Positions 1 through 12,113 of a stretch of DNA of 64,000 bases are shown in pieces. Each line of letters starts with the position of its first letter. Positions within the stretch are counted from its first letter, which is position 1. The DNA is from an uncultured delta proteobacterium (GTDB lineage Bacteria; Myxococcota_A; Polyangia; Polyangiales; Houyiibacteriaceae): the NCBI GenBank assembly GCA_963699755.1, contig CAVOVB010000008.1, forward strand, positions 147,638 to 211,637. Direction: 5' to 3'. A model generated the notes under the pieces. That model was given only the letters and a program-made list of their open reading frames with translations, did no database searches and was not told the DNA's origin. The position numbers and the translations under genes were made by a program.

Positions 1-1622
1 CAAGCGGGGCCGGGGGTGCTTCGTTTCGCAGGCGGCACAGGATGCTTTGCGACGCCTATCCGCTCGCAGGCTCGCACGAGGTCGCCGTCTGCGAGAAGAG
101 CGGTCCACTGGCCCGCCTCCGGCTCCGGCACCTCCACCCATCGGCTGTAGGGAGGGCCGTCGAGCTCGTGTTGCTCCGGCTCGAGACGTGTCCCGTCCGG
201 CTTGAAGAGCACCAGGGAAGAGAGGCCGGGGTCCCGCTCGCTCGTGACGACGACGCGCAGCGGCTGCGAGGAATCGGGTCGATGCGGCGATCGAAAGATC
301 GCGCTGCGCTTGCTGTCCGAGCAGCGTCCGTCCGGAAGATACACCGGCGCGCTAGGGCGAAGCTCGGCGTCCGCGACCAGGGCCGGCCCCGGCGTGTTTC
401 CGAACACGGTGATGCGCGTGACCCGGCTCAGGAAATCACGGCGCGAGCTCCCGGCGCCCAAGGATAGGTCGCTGACGGTCACACGATCTACGCGGTTGAT
501 CGTCTCTAGCTCGACGCCGTCGCAGGGTGTCAGGTACTCGGAGAATGCATGGATGGCCATCGGCACGCCTTCTTCCGTCGTGCCGAGATAGAGCATGATG
601 TGGCCGGGGAACTGGAGCAGCACGATTCCGCGACTCGCGGCAGCTTCGAGGAGCAGTCGCTTTTCGTTGAGGTCTTCGACGCCCGATACGTCGATGCTAA
701 ACGTGCCGGCCGCCGCTTGTCTTGCGCTGTGGCGCGGCAGGTCGATACCAAACGGCTCGAAGACCTCGAGCACGAAGCGCGAGCAATCGTAGCCGCCGTC
801 CTTGCCGCCCCAGCCGTATGGTTCGCCGAGCATCGAAAAGGCTTCGGTCAGGAGCTCGCGACGGGTGAATGGGCGAAGCGCGCGAGATTCGACCCTTGCT
901 TCGACGGCGTCACGGTCGATCGGTGAGGAGAGCGCTTCGATTCGGACCCATCCGAGCGCGTACGGCGTTCGCGCCAAATGCATCCCGTTCGGCCAGCGCG
1001 CCAAGACTTGGATCAGCTCGCCCTCACGCATGGTGCTACAGCGATTGCGGTCGAAATCCTCGTCGACGGGCTTCGTATAGAGCCCACCGTCGTAGGGACC
1101 GCAGTGAAGGGCTTGGAGCTTCTCTACGACTCTCCACTCGTCCGCCTGGTCGACCAGCCCGGATGGAGCGAACGCAGCGACCGCGCCCGCTTCCAGTGGT
1201 TTGCCCTTGGCGTCGACGAGCTCGTCGCCCTCGAGCCGCCCCCTCATGTAGGCCAAGCGCTCATCGATCTGCGCCTGCAGCGTATCCCGATCGATAGGCG
1301 CCAGTAGATCCGCCTGTCCGATGGCCTCGCCCTCCCTCGGCTCTCGAAGGGCAAGCCTGTGGCGCCGCACGGCCTCTCGGTCCATCAGTGGTTCGTCGAG
1401 CGGCCCGTATGCCTCGTTCCGGCTGAGCCAGTACTCGAGCGTCTCTTGCGCTGAAGATACATTCCCGGGGGGAATCTGGACTTTGCGCGTTTCGGGGCAG
1501 GAGTCCGGCCGTCGGACCCGCTGAGGCGCTCCTGGCGGCTCCCGGTCGCACCCCAGAAACGAAAGTAGACAGACAACCGCTCCAAAGGCCGCGCGCAGAG
1601 CTATGTGGGTGCGAGCATCCAT
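1..1622 (-). CDS. NlpC/P60 family cell-wall peptidase lipoprotein (3' end runs off the window)
   Basis: Not in the ORF track. Manual translation from ATG at 1622 stays open to position 1. It begins MDARTHIALRAAFGAVVCLLSFLGC (lipobox) and contains the NlpC/P60 motifs LGEPYGWGG..YDCSRF (catalytic Cys), FPGHIMLYLG (His) and AIHAF. Confidence 0.85.
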   Translation of the reverse strand, partial: MDARTHIALRAAFGAVVCLLSFLGCDREPPGAPQRVRRPDSCPETRKVQIPPGNVSSAQETLEYWLSRNEAYGPLDEPLMDREAVRRHRLALREPREGEAIGQADLLAPIDRDTLQAQIDERLAYMRGRLEGDELVDAKGKPLEAGAVAAFAPSGLVDQADEWRVVEKLQALHCGPYDGGLYTKPVDEDFDRNRCSTMREGELIQVLARWPNGMHLARTPYALGWVRIEALSSPIDRDAVEARVESRALRPFTRRELLTEAFSMLGEPYGWGGKDGGYDCSRFVLEVFEPFGIDLPRHSARQAAAGTFSIDVSGVEDLNEKRLLLEAAASRGIVLLQFPGHIMLYLGTTEEGVPMAIHAFSEYLTPCDGVELETINRVDRVTVSDLSLGAGSSRRDFLSRVTRITVFGNTPGPALVADAELRPSAPVYLPDGRCSDSKRSAIFRSPHRPDSSQPLRVVVTSERDPGLSSLVLFKPDGTRLEPEQHELDGPPYSRWVEVPEPEAGQWTALLADGDLVRACERIGVAKHPVPPAKRSTPGPA

Positions 1623-2539
1623 CGGAGAATTTGGTCTTCGACAGTACCCCCGGAGCCCAGCCCCAGGTCCACTTTCTCGGGAAAGCCGACGTGGCCCCCC
1701 CGCTCGGTAACGATCCGCCGGAGCCCCGGTGCATGGTGGAGCCAAGGCCGCACCGTGTCGATCGGTACCATCGGGTCGCGCTCGGTCGCGATGAAGAGGG
1801 TGGGGGTCCCGATGTCCCCGAGCACGCGGCATGAGCTGGTCTGCGCCCAGTAGTCTTCGGCGCCGGCGAATCCGTGACGCGGCGCGATGACCCGTTCGTC
1901 CCATTGCTCGATCGTATCGATGCGCAGGGCTTCCTTCAGGGGAAGAGGCACATCGCGTCGCGCTGCGACGTTGCGATAGATGTCCTTGAGCGCGTTCAAG
2001 ATGTGTCGCCGATAAAACAGCCCTCGGGGTTGATCGATTGCGCGTGCACCTGGCTTCAAATCAATCGGCGAGCACACGGTTGCTGCTGCGCGGACGCGAG
2101 GGTCGGGGCGCTCGGCGAGATAGCGAAGCACCATGTTGCCACCGAGCGAGTAGGCAAGCAGTAGGATCTTGTCATAGCCTGCGAGTGCCGGGCTTTGGAG
2201 CGCAGCATCGAGGTCGTCCGTGAGTCCGGCGTGGTAGTAGTCCGCCCCGCAGCGATCAGCGCCCCGAAGATTGAGCCTGAGGCTGTCGATGCCCGCGCGC
2301 GCAGCGGCAAGTGCCGCCTGTCGAGCATAGTAGCTGGTCGCGCTTCCTCCGAGCCCGTGCACGATCACTACGATGGTGTCGGACCCACCGCTCTCGCTCA
2401 GTCGTCCACTGAGCTCGAGCGTGCCGACCACGCCATCCCGGAGGCTCGTCTCCCAACGTTGCCAGTCCGGAACCCTCGGCGGGAGCAGGTTATGACGAAG
2501 ATACGGGCCGAGGGTCCAGAAGTGACCCTGCCAGCTCAT
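1601..2539 (-). CDS. YheT-like alpha/beta hydrolase
   Basis: Motifs HGLGGS, AYSLGG (nucleophile elbow), RDPMV (Asp) and GGHVGF (His). ATGA overlap with the upstream gene. Confidence 0.85.
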   Translation of the reverse strand: MSWQGHFWTLGPYLRHNLLPPRVPDWQRWETSLRDGVVGTLELSGRLSESGGSDTIVVIVHGLGGSATSYYARQAALAAARAGIDSLRLNLRGADRCGADYYHAGLTDDLDAALQSPALAGYDKILLLAYSLGGNMVLRYLAERPDPRVRAAATVCSPIDLKPGARAIDQPRGLFYRRHILNALKDIYRNVAARRDVPLPLKEALRIDTIEQWDERVIAPRHGFAGAEDYWAQTSSCRVLGDIGTPTLFIATERDPMVPIDTVRPWLHHAPGLRRIVTERGGHVGFPEKVDLGLGSGGTVEDQILRWMLAPT

Positions 2540-3483
2540 GAATCATTGGGCGTAAGCGCGGCGACGGCCGGTTTCTGGGTTGCATCTTGGTGCCACGAGT
2601 AAAAGGGCGGTCGGTCCTTGCACATCGGTCGATCATCATCGGCGCAGTAAACCCGGACGTGGAAGTGGCTTCGGTGCGGTGCACCGCGCCTGGGCTGCGT
2701 GATCACGCGCTTGGCGCGCATCAGCAACTCGGGATTTGCACCCTCCTTCACAGCCCGATCGAGCAGGAGACGCTTGACCGCGTTCGAAACGAAGATGTGC
2801 TGCACGTCGGTCGTCGGGTGGCTGAGCAATGATTCGACTAGCGCCCAGTTCCGCGCGGCGTCGAACTTGTAGAGGTTGCCCCACTGCTTGCCGATCGCCT
2901 TACTGTTGAAGCTAACGAACAGGTGCACGTTCACCGGCGTCGCGCGTCGGTCGAGCATGTAGAAGCCTAGGTCGACATCGCGGCCGCTCTGGTGTGACAC
3001 GTGCGGACGGAAACGGCCGCCGCCAACTCGCGACAGGTCACCGACCGTCAGCTCCGCGCGCGGATACCGAAACGCAACCTCGTGTGCGGCGCGCTCGATC
3101 AAGCGAACGAGCTCGCCCGTGCCGTGACGGGTGTCCTGAGAACCGACCTTGACCTCGTAGTCTTTGCCGTCGTTGAGTCGCATTCCGAATCGAAGTAGGC
3201 CGCGATTCGGGTAGCCGACCGAAACGCTCGGGTTCGGCTCGATGTCCGACGGCGAAACGCTGCGTGGCATGCGTGCGATCTTCTCGAGGTCTGCGTCCGA
3301 AGGCTCGGCATGCGACTCGGCGTGTTGCGCTTCTCGAAGCACCGGGTTGTCGGTCATCGGAAGCTCGGCGGACGCAAAGGTGCCAAACGAACCCGACAGC
3401 CACACCAAAGATGTCGCGGTCAGAGCACAAATCCACGCCACTGCGCCAGATTGGTTCCTCTTCTGTGAATGCGGTTTCCCCAT
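2536..3483 (-). CDS. Penicillin-insensitive murein endopeptidase (MepA-like, peptidase M74)
   Basis: SVGYPNRGLL, GDLSRVGGG..HVSHQSGRDVD and HRSHFH (Zn-ligand motifs). Hydrophobic N-terminus. Confidence 0.85.
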   Translation of the reverse strand: MGKPHSQKRNQSGAVAWICALTATSLVWLSGSFGTFASAELPMTDNPVLREAQHAESHAEPSDADLEKIARMPRSVSPSDIEPNPSVSVGYPNRGLLRFGMRLNDGKDYEVKVGSQDTRHGTGELVRLIERAAHEVAFRYPRAELTVGDLSRVGGGRFRPHVSHQSGRDVDLGFYMLDRRATPVNVHLFVSFNSKAIGKQWGNLYKFDAARNWALVESLLSHPTTDVQHIFVSNAVKRLLLDRAVKEGANPELLMRAKRVITQPRRGAPHRSHFHVRVYCADDDRPMCKDRPPFYSWHQDATQKPAVAALTPNDS

Positions 3484-3630
3484 GTTCGCGAGGCCAAGTC
3501 TGGCCCGATTCCCCTCAAGTGCCAGTTTGCCCGTTCGGACACCCTTATGCCAAGGCTGAGAGCCCGTTCAGCGCGCGTTTTAGCGTGTTTCTTTATCGTT
3601 CCGAGGCCGTTCTGTGAAAAAAACGGGAAA

Positions 3631-4179
3631 TCAGCCGAGGGCAGGCTGCTGCTGCACTGCTTCTTCGCTGGGAATATCACCCGGAGGGGGTAGTTTCGCG
3701 CCGGTGAGGTAGCGCAAGAAAAGCCACCAAATCACGCCGAGACCCCAGACGAGACCGAGGACGACACCACCATCGACGATCCCGCGCCAGGGCTGCGGCA
3801 AGGAACGGACCCACCAGATCAACAAGATGATGGTGACCACGAAAACCCAGCTCACCGTCATCTGGCGCCGCGTCGAGTGGAAGAGGCTCATGCAAAACGG
3901 GAGGGCGAGGATGAGCCACAGGGGACGTGGATTTTGGCCGAGATAGATCGCCCGAGACACCACCCGGGGGGAGAACTTGAGTTGGAAACCCCGATAGCCT
4001 TCTAGATAGGCATTTGCGAGGAGCCAGCCGATGTAGATGGCCTTCTGACCGTCGCTCATCAGGCCCTGAGTCCAGGGCTCGAGCGCGAGCGGCGTGAGTC
4101 GCCAAATCGCCCGTCCCAGCAAGAGCGATACCCAGGCGATGCCCCAGGTTGCCGCTAGCTTTTCGACCCAAGGGCGCAT
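3631..4179 (-). CDS. Hypothetical integral membrane protein (about 5 TM)
   Basis: 182-aa ORF rich in Trp and hydrophobic residues, divergent from the Wzc-like gene. Confidence 0.7.
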   Translation of the reverse strand: MRPWVEKLAATWGIAWVSLLLGRAIWRLTPLALEPWTQGLMSDGQKAIYIGWLLANAYLEGYRGFQLKFSPRVVSRAIYLGQNPRPLWLILALPFCMSLFHSTRRQMTVSWVFVVTIILLIWWVRSLPQPWRGIVDGGVVLGLVWGLGVIWWLFLRYLTGAKLPPPGDIPSEEAVQQQPALG

Positions 4180-4270
4180 CCTTGGCCGCGACGGTAGCAG
4201 CCTCGCATGCCTTGTCGACTTGCCCGACGGGCGCCCCGACGGCCATGCTCATTGGACCAGAGGAAACCAC

Positions 4271-6850
4271 TTGAACGACGAAACTTACGAGCTCGGCGAA
4301 GGAGACGAGTCGGCTGCCAAACCAAGTCGTCCGGGCCTGCCAGTCGAGCCGCGGCGCTTGTTCTGTATCGTCGCCGATCATCGACAGCGATTGCTCAAGG
4401 CGTTTTTGATCGCCTCTTCCGTTTCACTACTTGCTTCCTTCTTCGTGCCTCGAACCTTCGAGTCTTCCGCACAGCTCTTGTACGAAGGAACCGCCGAGCT
4501 GGGACCCGAGCACGCGCAATCCACGCCAGATGCTTTCATCGATGCAGCAATGGCGCCGAGCCGCCTTCGCGAAGTGCGTGAAAAGCTGGGCTGGGACGTT
4601 TCGCTCGAGGAGCTCGAAAACGACATCGACGTCACGCTCGAGGGCAAGGCGGCGATGCGGATTGCCGCCCGGGCATCGACTGCAGAACGCGCGCAAGCGC
4701 TTGCGCAAGCAGAGCTCGACGTGTTTCTTGCTCGGCAGGTGGTGTTCAATCGAGCGAAGCTCGAACGCCTCGCGGCGGAGAACGAAAGCTCGATCGAGCA
4801 CGCGAAGAAGAGACGCAAAGATGCCACTGCAGCGTATGAGGCGTTTCGCCGGAAGAGCGGGAAGCCGGATCTGATCCAGGAGCAACAGGAGCTCTTGCAA
4901 CGCGCCTCCGGGCTACGCTCCAAAGCCGATGAAGCATCGGTGGAAGTGGCATCTCAGCAGGCTCGCATCCAAGAGTTGGAGAAAGCGCAAGCAGAGCTAC
5001 CCCGTCAAATCGTCGCGACTGCAACCAAGGGCTCACCCGTCGATACTCCCCTTGCACAGGCGCGCGCCGAGCTCGCCGCGGCTCGTTCCTCATTGAGCGA
5101 CGAGCATCCGCGGGTGCAGGCGCTCCAACAGAGGGTCGCCAGCCTTCAAGCGCAGAGAAAGGGCGAGAAGTCCGAAATCAGCGGGCAAACCTTGGCCAGC
5201 AATCCCGCCCGAGCTGCAGTTGACCAGCAACTCGCAACGGCCCGGGCCGCACTAGCAGCAGCCAGGGAGCGAGAGTCTGCACTCCGCGTCCTCTTGAAGG
5301 CGGCGCAGGACGAAGCGGAGGCGCTTGCACCGGCGGAAGGCGAAGCACGACAGATATTGGGCGCGCTCGAGGCTGCCGAGCAGCGGCTCGAGGCGCTGAC
5401 CGTGCGCGGCGCCAAGCTTCGAGACGCCGCTCTGAGGCCGCTGACCGGCTTTCGGGTCATGTCCGCTCCGATGGTGCCAGAAGAGTCGACTCTCTCGCCC
5501 AAATTCACTCTGTCTCTGGTTTTGCTGCCCGTGCTCACTGTTTTGGTCTTCGCGTTGGGGATCGTCGCACGCAGGTTGCGGACCCTCGAGGTGGAGGCTC
5601 CCCGGGAGGTCGCGTGGTGGGGAAATGGTCCGGTGCTGGGCACCACCGTATGGCCGCGCAATCCAGGTGCGCTCGAGGCCTTTGTGGCCGAGCTCGAAGA
5701 CCACGGCGTGCGGGGTTACGGGCGAACGCTCGTCGTGCCCGCCACCGAAGCTGATCGCGAGATTGCCTGCTCGTTTGCGATGCGCCTCGCCGATGCTCCT
5801 TGGTTGGCGGCCGCAATCTTGGATGTCGGGGAAAGAGCTGGCACGGCCCAAGGCACCGGACCCCTGGTGACTCCGACTCCCAATCCGCGGGCGCCACGCC
5901 TCACGCCTCCGACGGTTTCCGCGCCGAGGCGGCTTTCGTCGCAAGCGACACCGTCGGCTGGACCGGGACGAAGGTGGTCGCCACGTCCCACGATTCAGGG
6001 CGTCGAGCCGCCGGCCGGCGGCTCGGTTTCTCCGCCGCCAGTCGTGACACCTCCCCCGCAGGCAGATGCAAGCCCCGGGGTCAAGACCGCGTACTCATCG
6101 AGGCCGCCGCGCAAGAAGACCATGATCGGCTTGCCCGCGGTCGAATCGTCCCGTCCGCCGAGAATCTCGACGGGGCCCCCCAGCGCTGCATCGGTCCCTC
6201 CGATTACATCAGCCGAACCGCCGATACCTTTGGCGGCCCCAAAGCCGTTTCGCCGCAAGCGCGGTGCCAGGGCGACGGTGCGCATGATGGTGCCGGTCCG
6301 GGACGCAAGTATCTCCGCGGGCAGGTCCGCTGCGGGTGGTGCAGGCGTCGAAGAAGAAGCTTTCTTGTTGACACGCCCAGTCCCTGTGGACAGCGATCAA
6401 GCCCCCCCCCAAGAGGGGCGCGCGGCTCGCGCGAGCTCGGAATCACTGGAGGCCGCCGCGTCCGATGCGGTGATGCGTGCCGCGGTTCGCTTGCTCGGGG
6501 AAGGGGATGAAGACGTTCGCAGCCTCCGACGCTCGGCGGCTCCGGGGCCAATGACCGCGCCCCGGAATTCCGGAAGCGTCACCGGGGTTGCCCTGGCCTG
6601 GAACGGTCCCTTGAGCGGCCCGATCCTTCGCCGCGCCGCGCGTCTCGCGCATCGGGTGATGGTGGTCGTCTCCTCTGGCACGACCGTGATCGACCTCGCG
6701 CGCATCCAGACACGTCTGGGCCGCGAGAAGGGCGTCGGCTACGTGCTCGTCAACGTCGGCGACGCTTACGTCGGCCTCCAAGACCGCGTCGGGCCCGTAG
6801 AGGAGTTCTGGGAGGGCGTCGGCGACGGCAAGGATTCGAGGCGGGCCTAG
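4271..6850 (+). CDS. Polysaccharide co-polymerase (Wzz/GumC/Wzc-like) with degenerate kinase-like C-terminus
   Basis: TTG at 4271 preceded by AGAGGA (the ORF track starts at 4094). N-terminal TM, long coiled coil with EHPRVQAL, a second TM followed by PREV..GPVLG, a Pro-rich insert and kinase-like remnants. Confidence 0.7.
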   Translation: MNDETYELGEGDESAAKPSRPGLPVEPRRLFCIVADHRQRLLKAFLIASSVSLLASFFVPRTFESSAQLLYEGTAELGPEHAQSTPDAFIDAAMAPSRLREVREKLGWDVSLEELENDIDVTLEGKAAMRIAARASTAERAQALAQAELDVFLARQVVFNRAKLERLAAENESSIEHAKKRRKDATAAYEAFRRKSGKPDLIQEQQELLQRASGLRSKADEASVEVASQQARIQELEKAQAELPRQIVATATKGSPVDTPLAQARAELAAARSSLSDEHPRVQALQQRVASLQAQRKGEKSEISGQTLASNPARAAVDQQLATARAALAAARERESALRVLLKAAQDEAEALAPAEGEARQILGALEAAEQRLEALTVRGAKLRDAALRPLTGFRVMSAPMVPEESTLSPKFTLSLVLLPVLTVLVFALGIVARRLRTLEVEAPREVAWWGNGPVLGTTVWPRNPGALEAFVAELEDHGVRGYGRTLVVPATEADREIACSFAMRLADAPWLAAAILDVGERAGTAQGTGPLVTPTPNPRAPRLTPPTVSAPRRLSSQATPSAGPGRRWSPRPTIQGVEPPAGGSVSPPPVVTPPPQADASPGVKTAYSSRPPRKKTMIGLPAVESSRPPRISTGPPSAASVPPITSAEPPIPLAAPKPFRRKRGARATVRMMVPVRDASISAGRSAAGGAGVEEEAFLLTRPVPVDSDQAPPQEGRAARASSESLEAAASDAVMRAAVRLLGEGDEDVRSLRRSAAPGPMTAPRNSGSVTGVALAWNGPLSGPILRRAARLAHRVMVVVSSGTTVIDLARIQTRLGREKGVGYVLVNVGDAYVGLQDRVGPVEEFWEGVGDGKDSRRA

Positions 6851-6895
6851 GCGCGCATTGCGGCCGCAATCTCTCTAGTCTATCTAGCTTTCGCT

Positions 6896-8940
6896 GTGTC
6901 TCACTCTGACGAGCGAATGAACGCGTTTCCACCGGTGACCAAGTCCGACTGGGTTGCGAAGGTGGAGGCAGACCTCAAAGGCGCGTCTCTCGCAGGACTC
7001 CGCTCCGCCGCACCCGGTGACCCGTTCCTCGAGCCCCTCTACACGGCAGAAGATGTCGAGGGCCTGAAGGGTCCCGGCCTGCCCGGCGTTTTTCCCTATG
7101 TCCGCGGTGCATCAGCTCTAGGCGGCTGGGCAATTCGACAAGAATACGACGACGCGCGTCCGAGTGTTTGCAGGGAGATGATTCGGCAGGACCTAGACCG
7201 TGGCGTCGAGGCGCTGTGGTTGCGACTAGGGCCGCGCCGTGGATGCCGCGTGCTGACGATCGACGAGCTCGATGACCTGCTCGGTGCCGTCGATCTTGGA
7301 ACGACATCGGTCTGCGTCGACGGCGGCTCGGATGCGTTGGCCGTTGCGACCGGGCTACTGGCGGTCGCCAAGCGCCGTGGGGTGGCCTACGGTGAGCTCG
7401 AAGGCGGTCTCGGCTTCGACCCCTTGGGCTTGCTCGCTGCCGAAGGGTGTATTCAGGGCGGGCTTCAAGCGCGATTCGCCGAGCTGCGGGACCTGTCTGC
7501 CTGGTGTTCGAAAAACGCATCTGGTCTCCGCGCCGCAAACGTCTCGAGCGACCCGTATGACGGCGGAGGCGCGAGTGTCGTGCAGGAGCTCGCGTGCACG
7601 ATCGCGACTGGAATCGAGTACCTTCGTCAACTCACCGACGCGGGAATGAGCGTTGACGCAGCCGCTCGTCAGATTCGATTCAGCTACGCGGTGTCGAGCG
7701 ACTTCTTCACACAGATAGCGAAGCTTCGCGCAGCCCGCTGGCTCTGGGGCAAGGTGGTGGTCAGTTCGGGTGGGGAGCCTGATGCCGCGGCCATGCAGCT
7801 TCACTGCAGAACATCGCGCTTCGCCGCCACGAGGCACGACCCCTGGGTGAACATGTTGCGCGTCACCGCCGAGTGCACCGCCGCCGTGCTGGGTGGCGCG
7901 CAAAGCATCGCTACGCTGCCTTTCGACTCCGCAATCGGTCCTCCGGACGAGCTCGCGCGGCGGGTTGCGCGCAATACACAGGTGGTCCTTCGGGAGGAAT
8001 CGCACCTCGGCAAGGTCGCCGATCCAGCGGGCGGCAGTTGGTTCGTCGAGCGACTCACCAGCGATCTCGCACGCGCTGCATGGAACGAGATGCGCTCGAT
8101 CGAGGCCGGAGGCGGTATCGTGGCCGCTCTTGGATCGGGCAGGCTGGTCGACGCGATTCGCGAAGTCGCCGACGAACGGGAGAAGGCTCTGTCCACGCGC
8201 AAGACCCCCTTGGTCGGCGTAAGCGAGTTCCCGAACCTACGGGAAGCCCCGGTCGAGCGCGTGCAAGTCTCGGACAAAGAGATCCACGGCCTGCTCAAGG
8301 CTTCCCTCCAATCGCTCGACCTTGGTGCGCATCGAGCTAGCCTTTTGGTTCTTTCGCGCTGCGTGCGAGACGCAAATCGCGAGCTCGGAGCGCTAACGGC
8401 AACCTGTTTGGATGCAACCATTGGCGGAGCCGACATGTACAGTGTCGCGACGGTGCTGCAGCACGGCCAACCGGACTTTCATGTGGAGCCGATTCATCAG
8501 TGGACGGAATCGGAGACTTGGGAACAGCAGCGAGACCGCAGCGATCGCCAAGAAGTCCGACCAAAGGGGTTCCTTGCGAACCTCGGCTCGATCCCCTCGC
8601 ACAAGTCGAGGGCAACGTGGGCGCAGAACCTCCTCGCTGCGGTAGGCGTGGACGCCGTGACCAATGATGGCTTCGACGATCGCGACGCTCTGGTCGATGC
8701 CTGGAAGAGCGCGGCGACCCCGCTAGCGGTGATTTGCGGCAGCGACAGAGACTACGAAGCGATGCTCGAGCCTACCGTGGCCGCCCTGAGGAAGGTCGGT
8801 TGCGACCTCATCCTGGTCGCAGGCCGTCCTTCAGAGCGCGCGAGCGCGCTCCGTGAGCTTGGGGTGAGCGATTTCATCTTCGTTGGTGCAGACGTGCTCA
8901 GCGTGATGACCCGGGTCCTCGATTCCATGGGGGTGCAGCC

Positions 8941-8944
<4 letters not shown>
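6896..8944 (+). CDS. mutA: Methylmalonyl-CoA mutase small (non-catalytic) subunit
   Basis: [25 protein letters not shown] and [13 protein letters not shown]. Lacks the DxHxxG B12 motif. Start is GTG 6896 or ATG 6917. Confidence 0.9.
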
Positions 8945-11114
<2,170 letters not shown>

Positions 11115-11118
<4 letters not shown>

Positions 11119-12113
11119 GCCGTCTCGACACGCAAGCCTATGTCGACGGAGTGCGCGGCGGTGACCGCGCCGTGCTTGCCAGAGCTATCACTTTGATCGA
11201 GAGCGAGAGGCTAGCGGACGCCGAGCTCGCTCAACAGGTCCTCGAAGCGCTCTTGCCCGAGACGGGCGGGGCGCATCGAGTTGGCATCAGTGGTGTACCC
11301 GGGGCCGGCAAGAGCACGTTCATCGACGCCTTGGGGACGAAGCTCACCGGCGAAGGTCATCGCGTAGCGGTCCTCGCCGTCGATCCGACCAGCACTGTGA
11401 GCGGCGGGAGCATTTTGGGGGACAAGACCCGGATGGCGGCCCTCAGCAACGACCCCAAGGCCTTCATCCGTCCCTCTCCAACGAGTGGAACGCTCGGTGG
11501 AGTCGCTCGCAAGACCCGCGAAACGATTCTCCTCTGCGAGGCTGCGGGCTTCGACATGGTTCTGGTCGAGACGGTAGGGGTAGGTCAGTCCGAGACGATC
11601 GTAGCCGGGATGGTCGACTTCTTCCTGGTGCTGATGATCGCAGGCGCGGGCGACGAGCTGCAAGGGATCAAGCGCGGCATCCTCGAGGTAGCAGACATGC
11701 TCGCGATCAACAAAGCCGATGGTGACAATCGGCCCCGGGCGATTCGTGCGCAGGCCTCCTACCAGAGCGCCTTGCGCCTCATGCGCGGCCGGAGCGTGCC
11801 GCCCGTTGTGACCTGCAGCGCGCTCGAGAAGACTGGCCTCGGCGAGCTCTGGTCGCTGGTCGCCGAGTGCCTTCGAGATCGCGAAGCGTCTGGTGAGCTC
11901 CAGCAAACCCGAAGAGCCCAGCAGGTTCAGTGGATGTGGGACATGGTGGAGGACGGGCTTCGTCGTGCCCTCCGCGGCGACCCGGAGCTGTCTTCGCTCA
12001 TCGAGCAGCTCGAAGACGCGGTCGGTCGGGGCCAGACGACACCAAGCCTGGCGGCGCTGAAGGTTCTTCGCCGCTTTGCTGAGCGGGCGGGGGACCTGCT
12101 CATGCGCGGCTGA
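11115..12113 (+). CDS. meaB: Methylmalonyl-CoA mutase-associated GTPase MeaB/ArgK
   Basis: [35 protein letters not shown] and NKAD. Directly downstream of the mutase genes. Confidence 0.95.

Noticed and set aside
3484..3630. TGGCA motifs as sigma-54 promoters (also near 18672 and 23125)
   Set aside because: None has the GC element at the required GG-N10-GC spacing.
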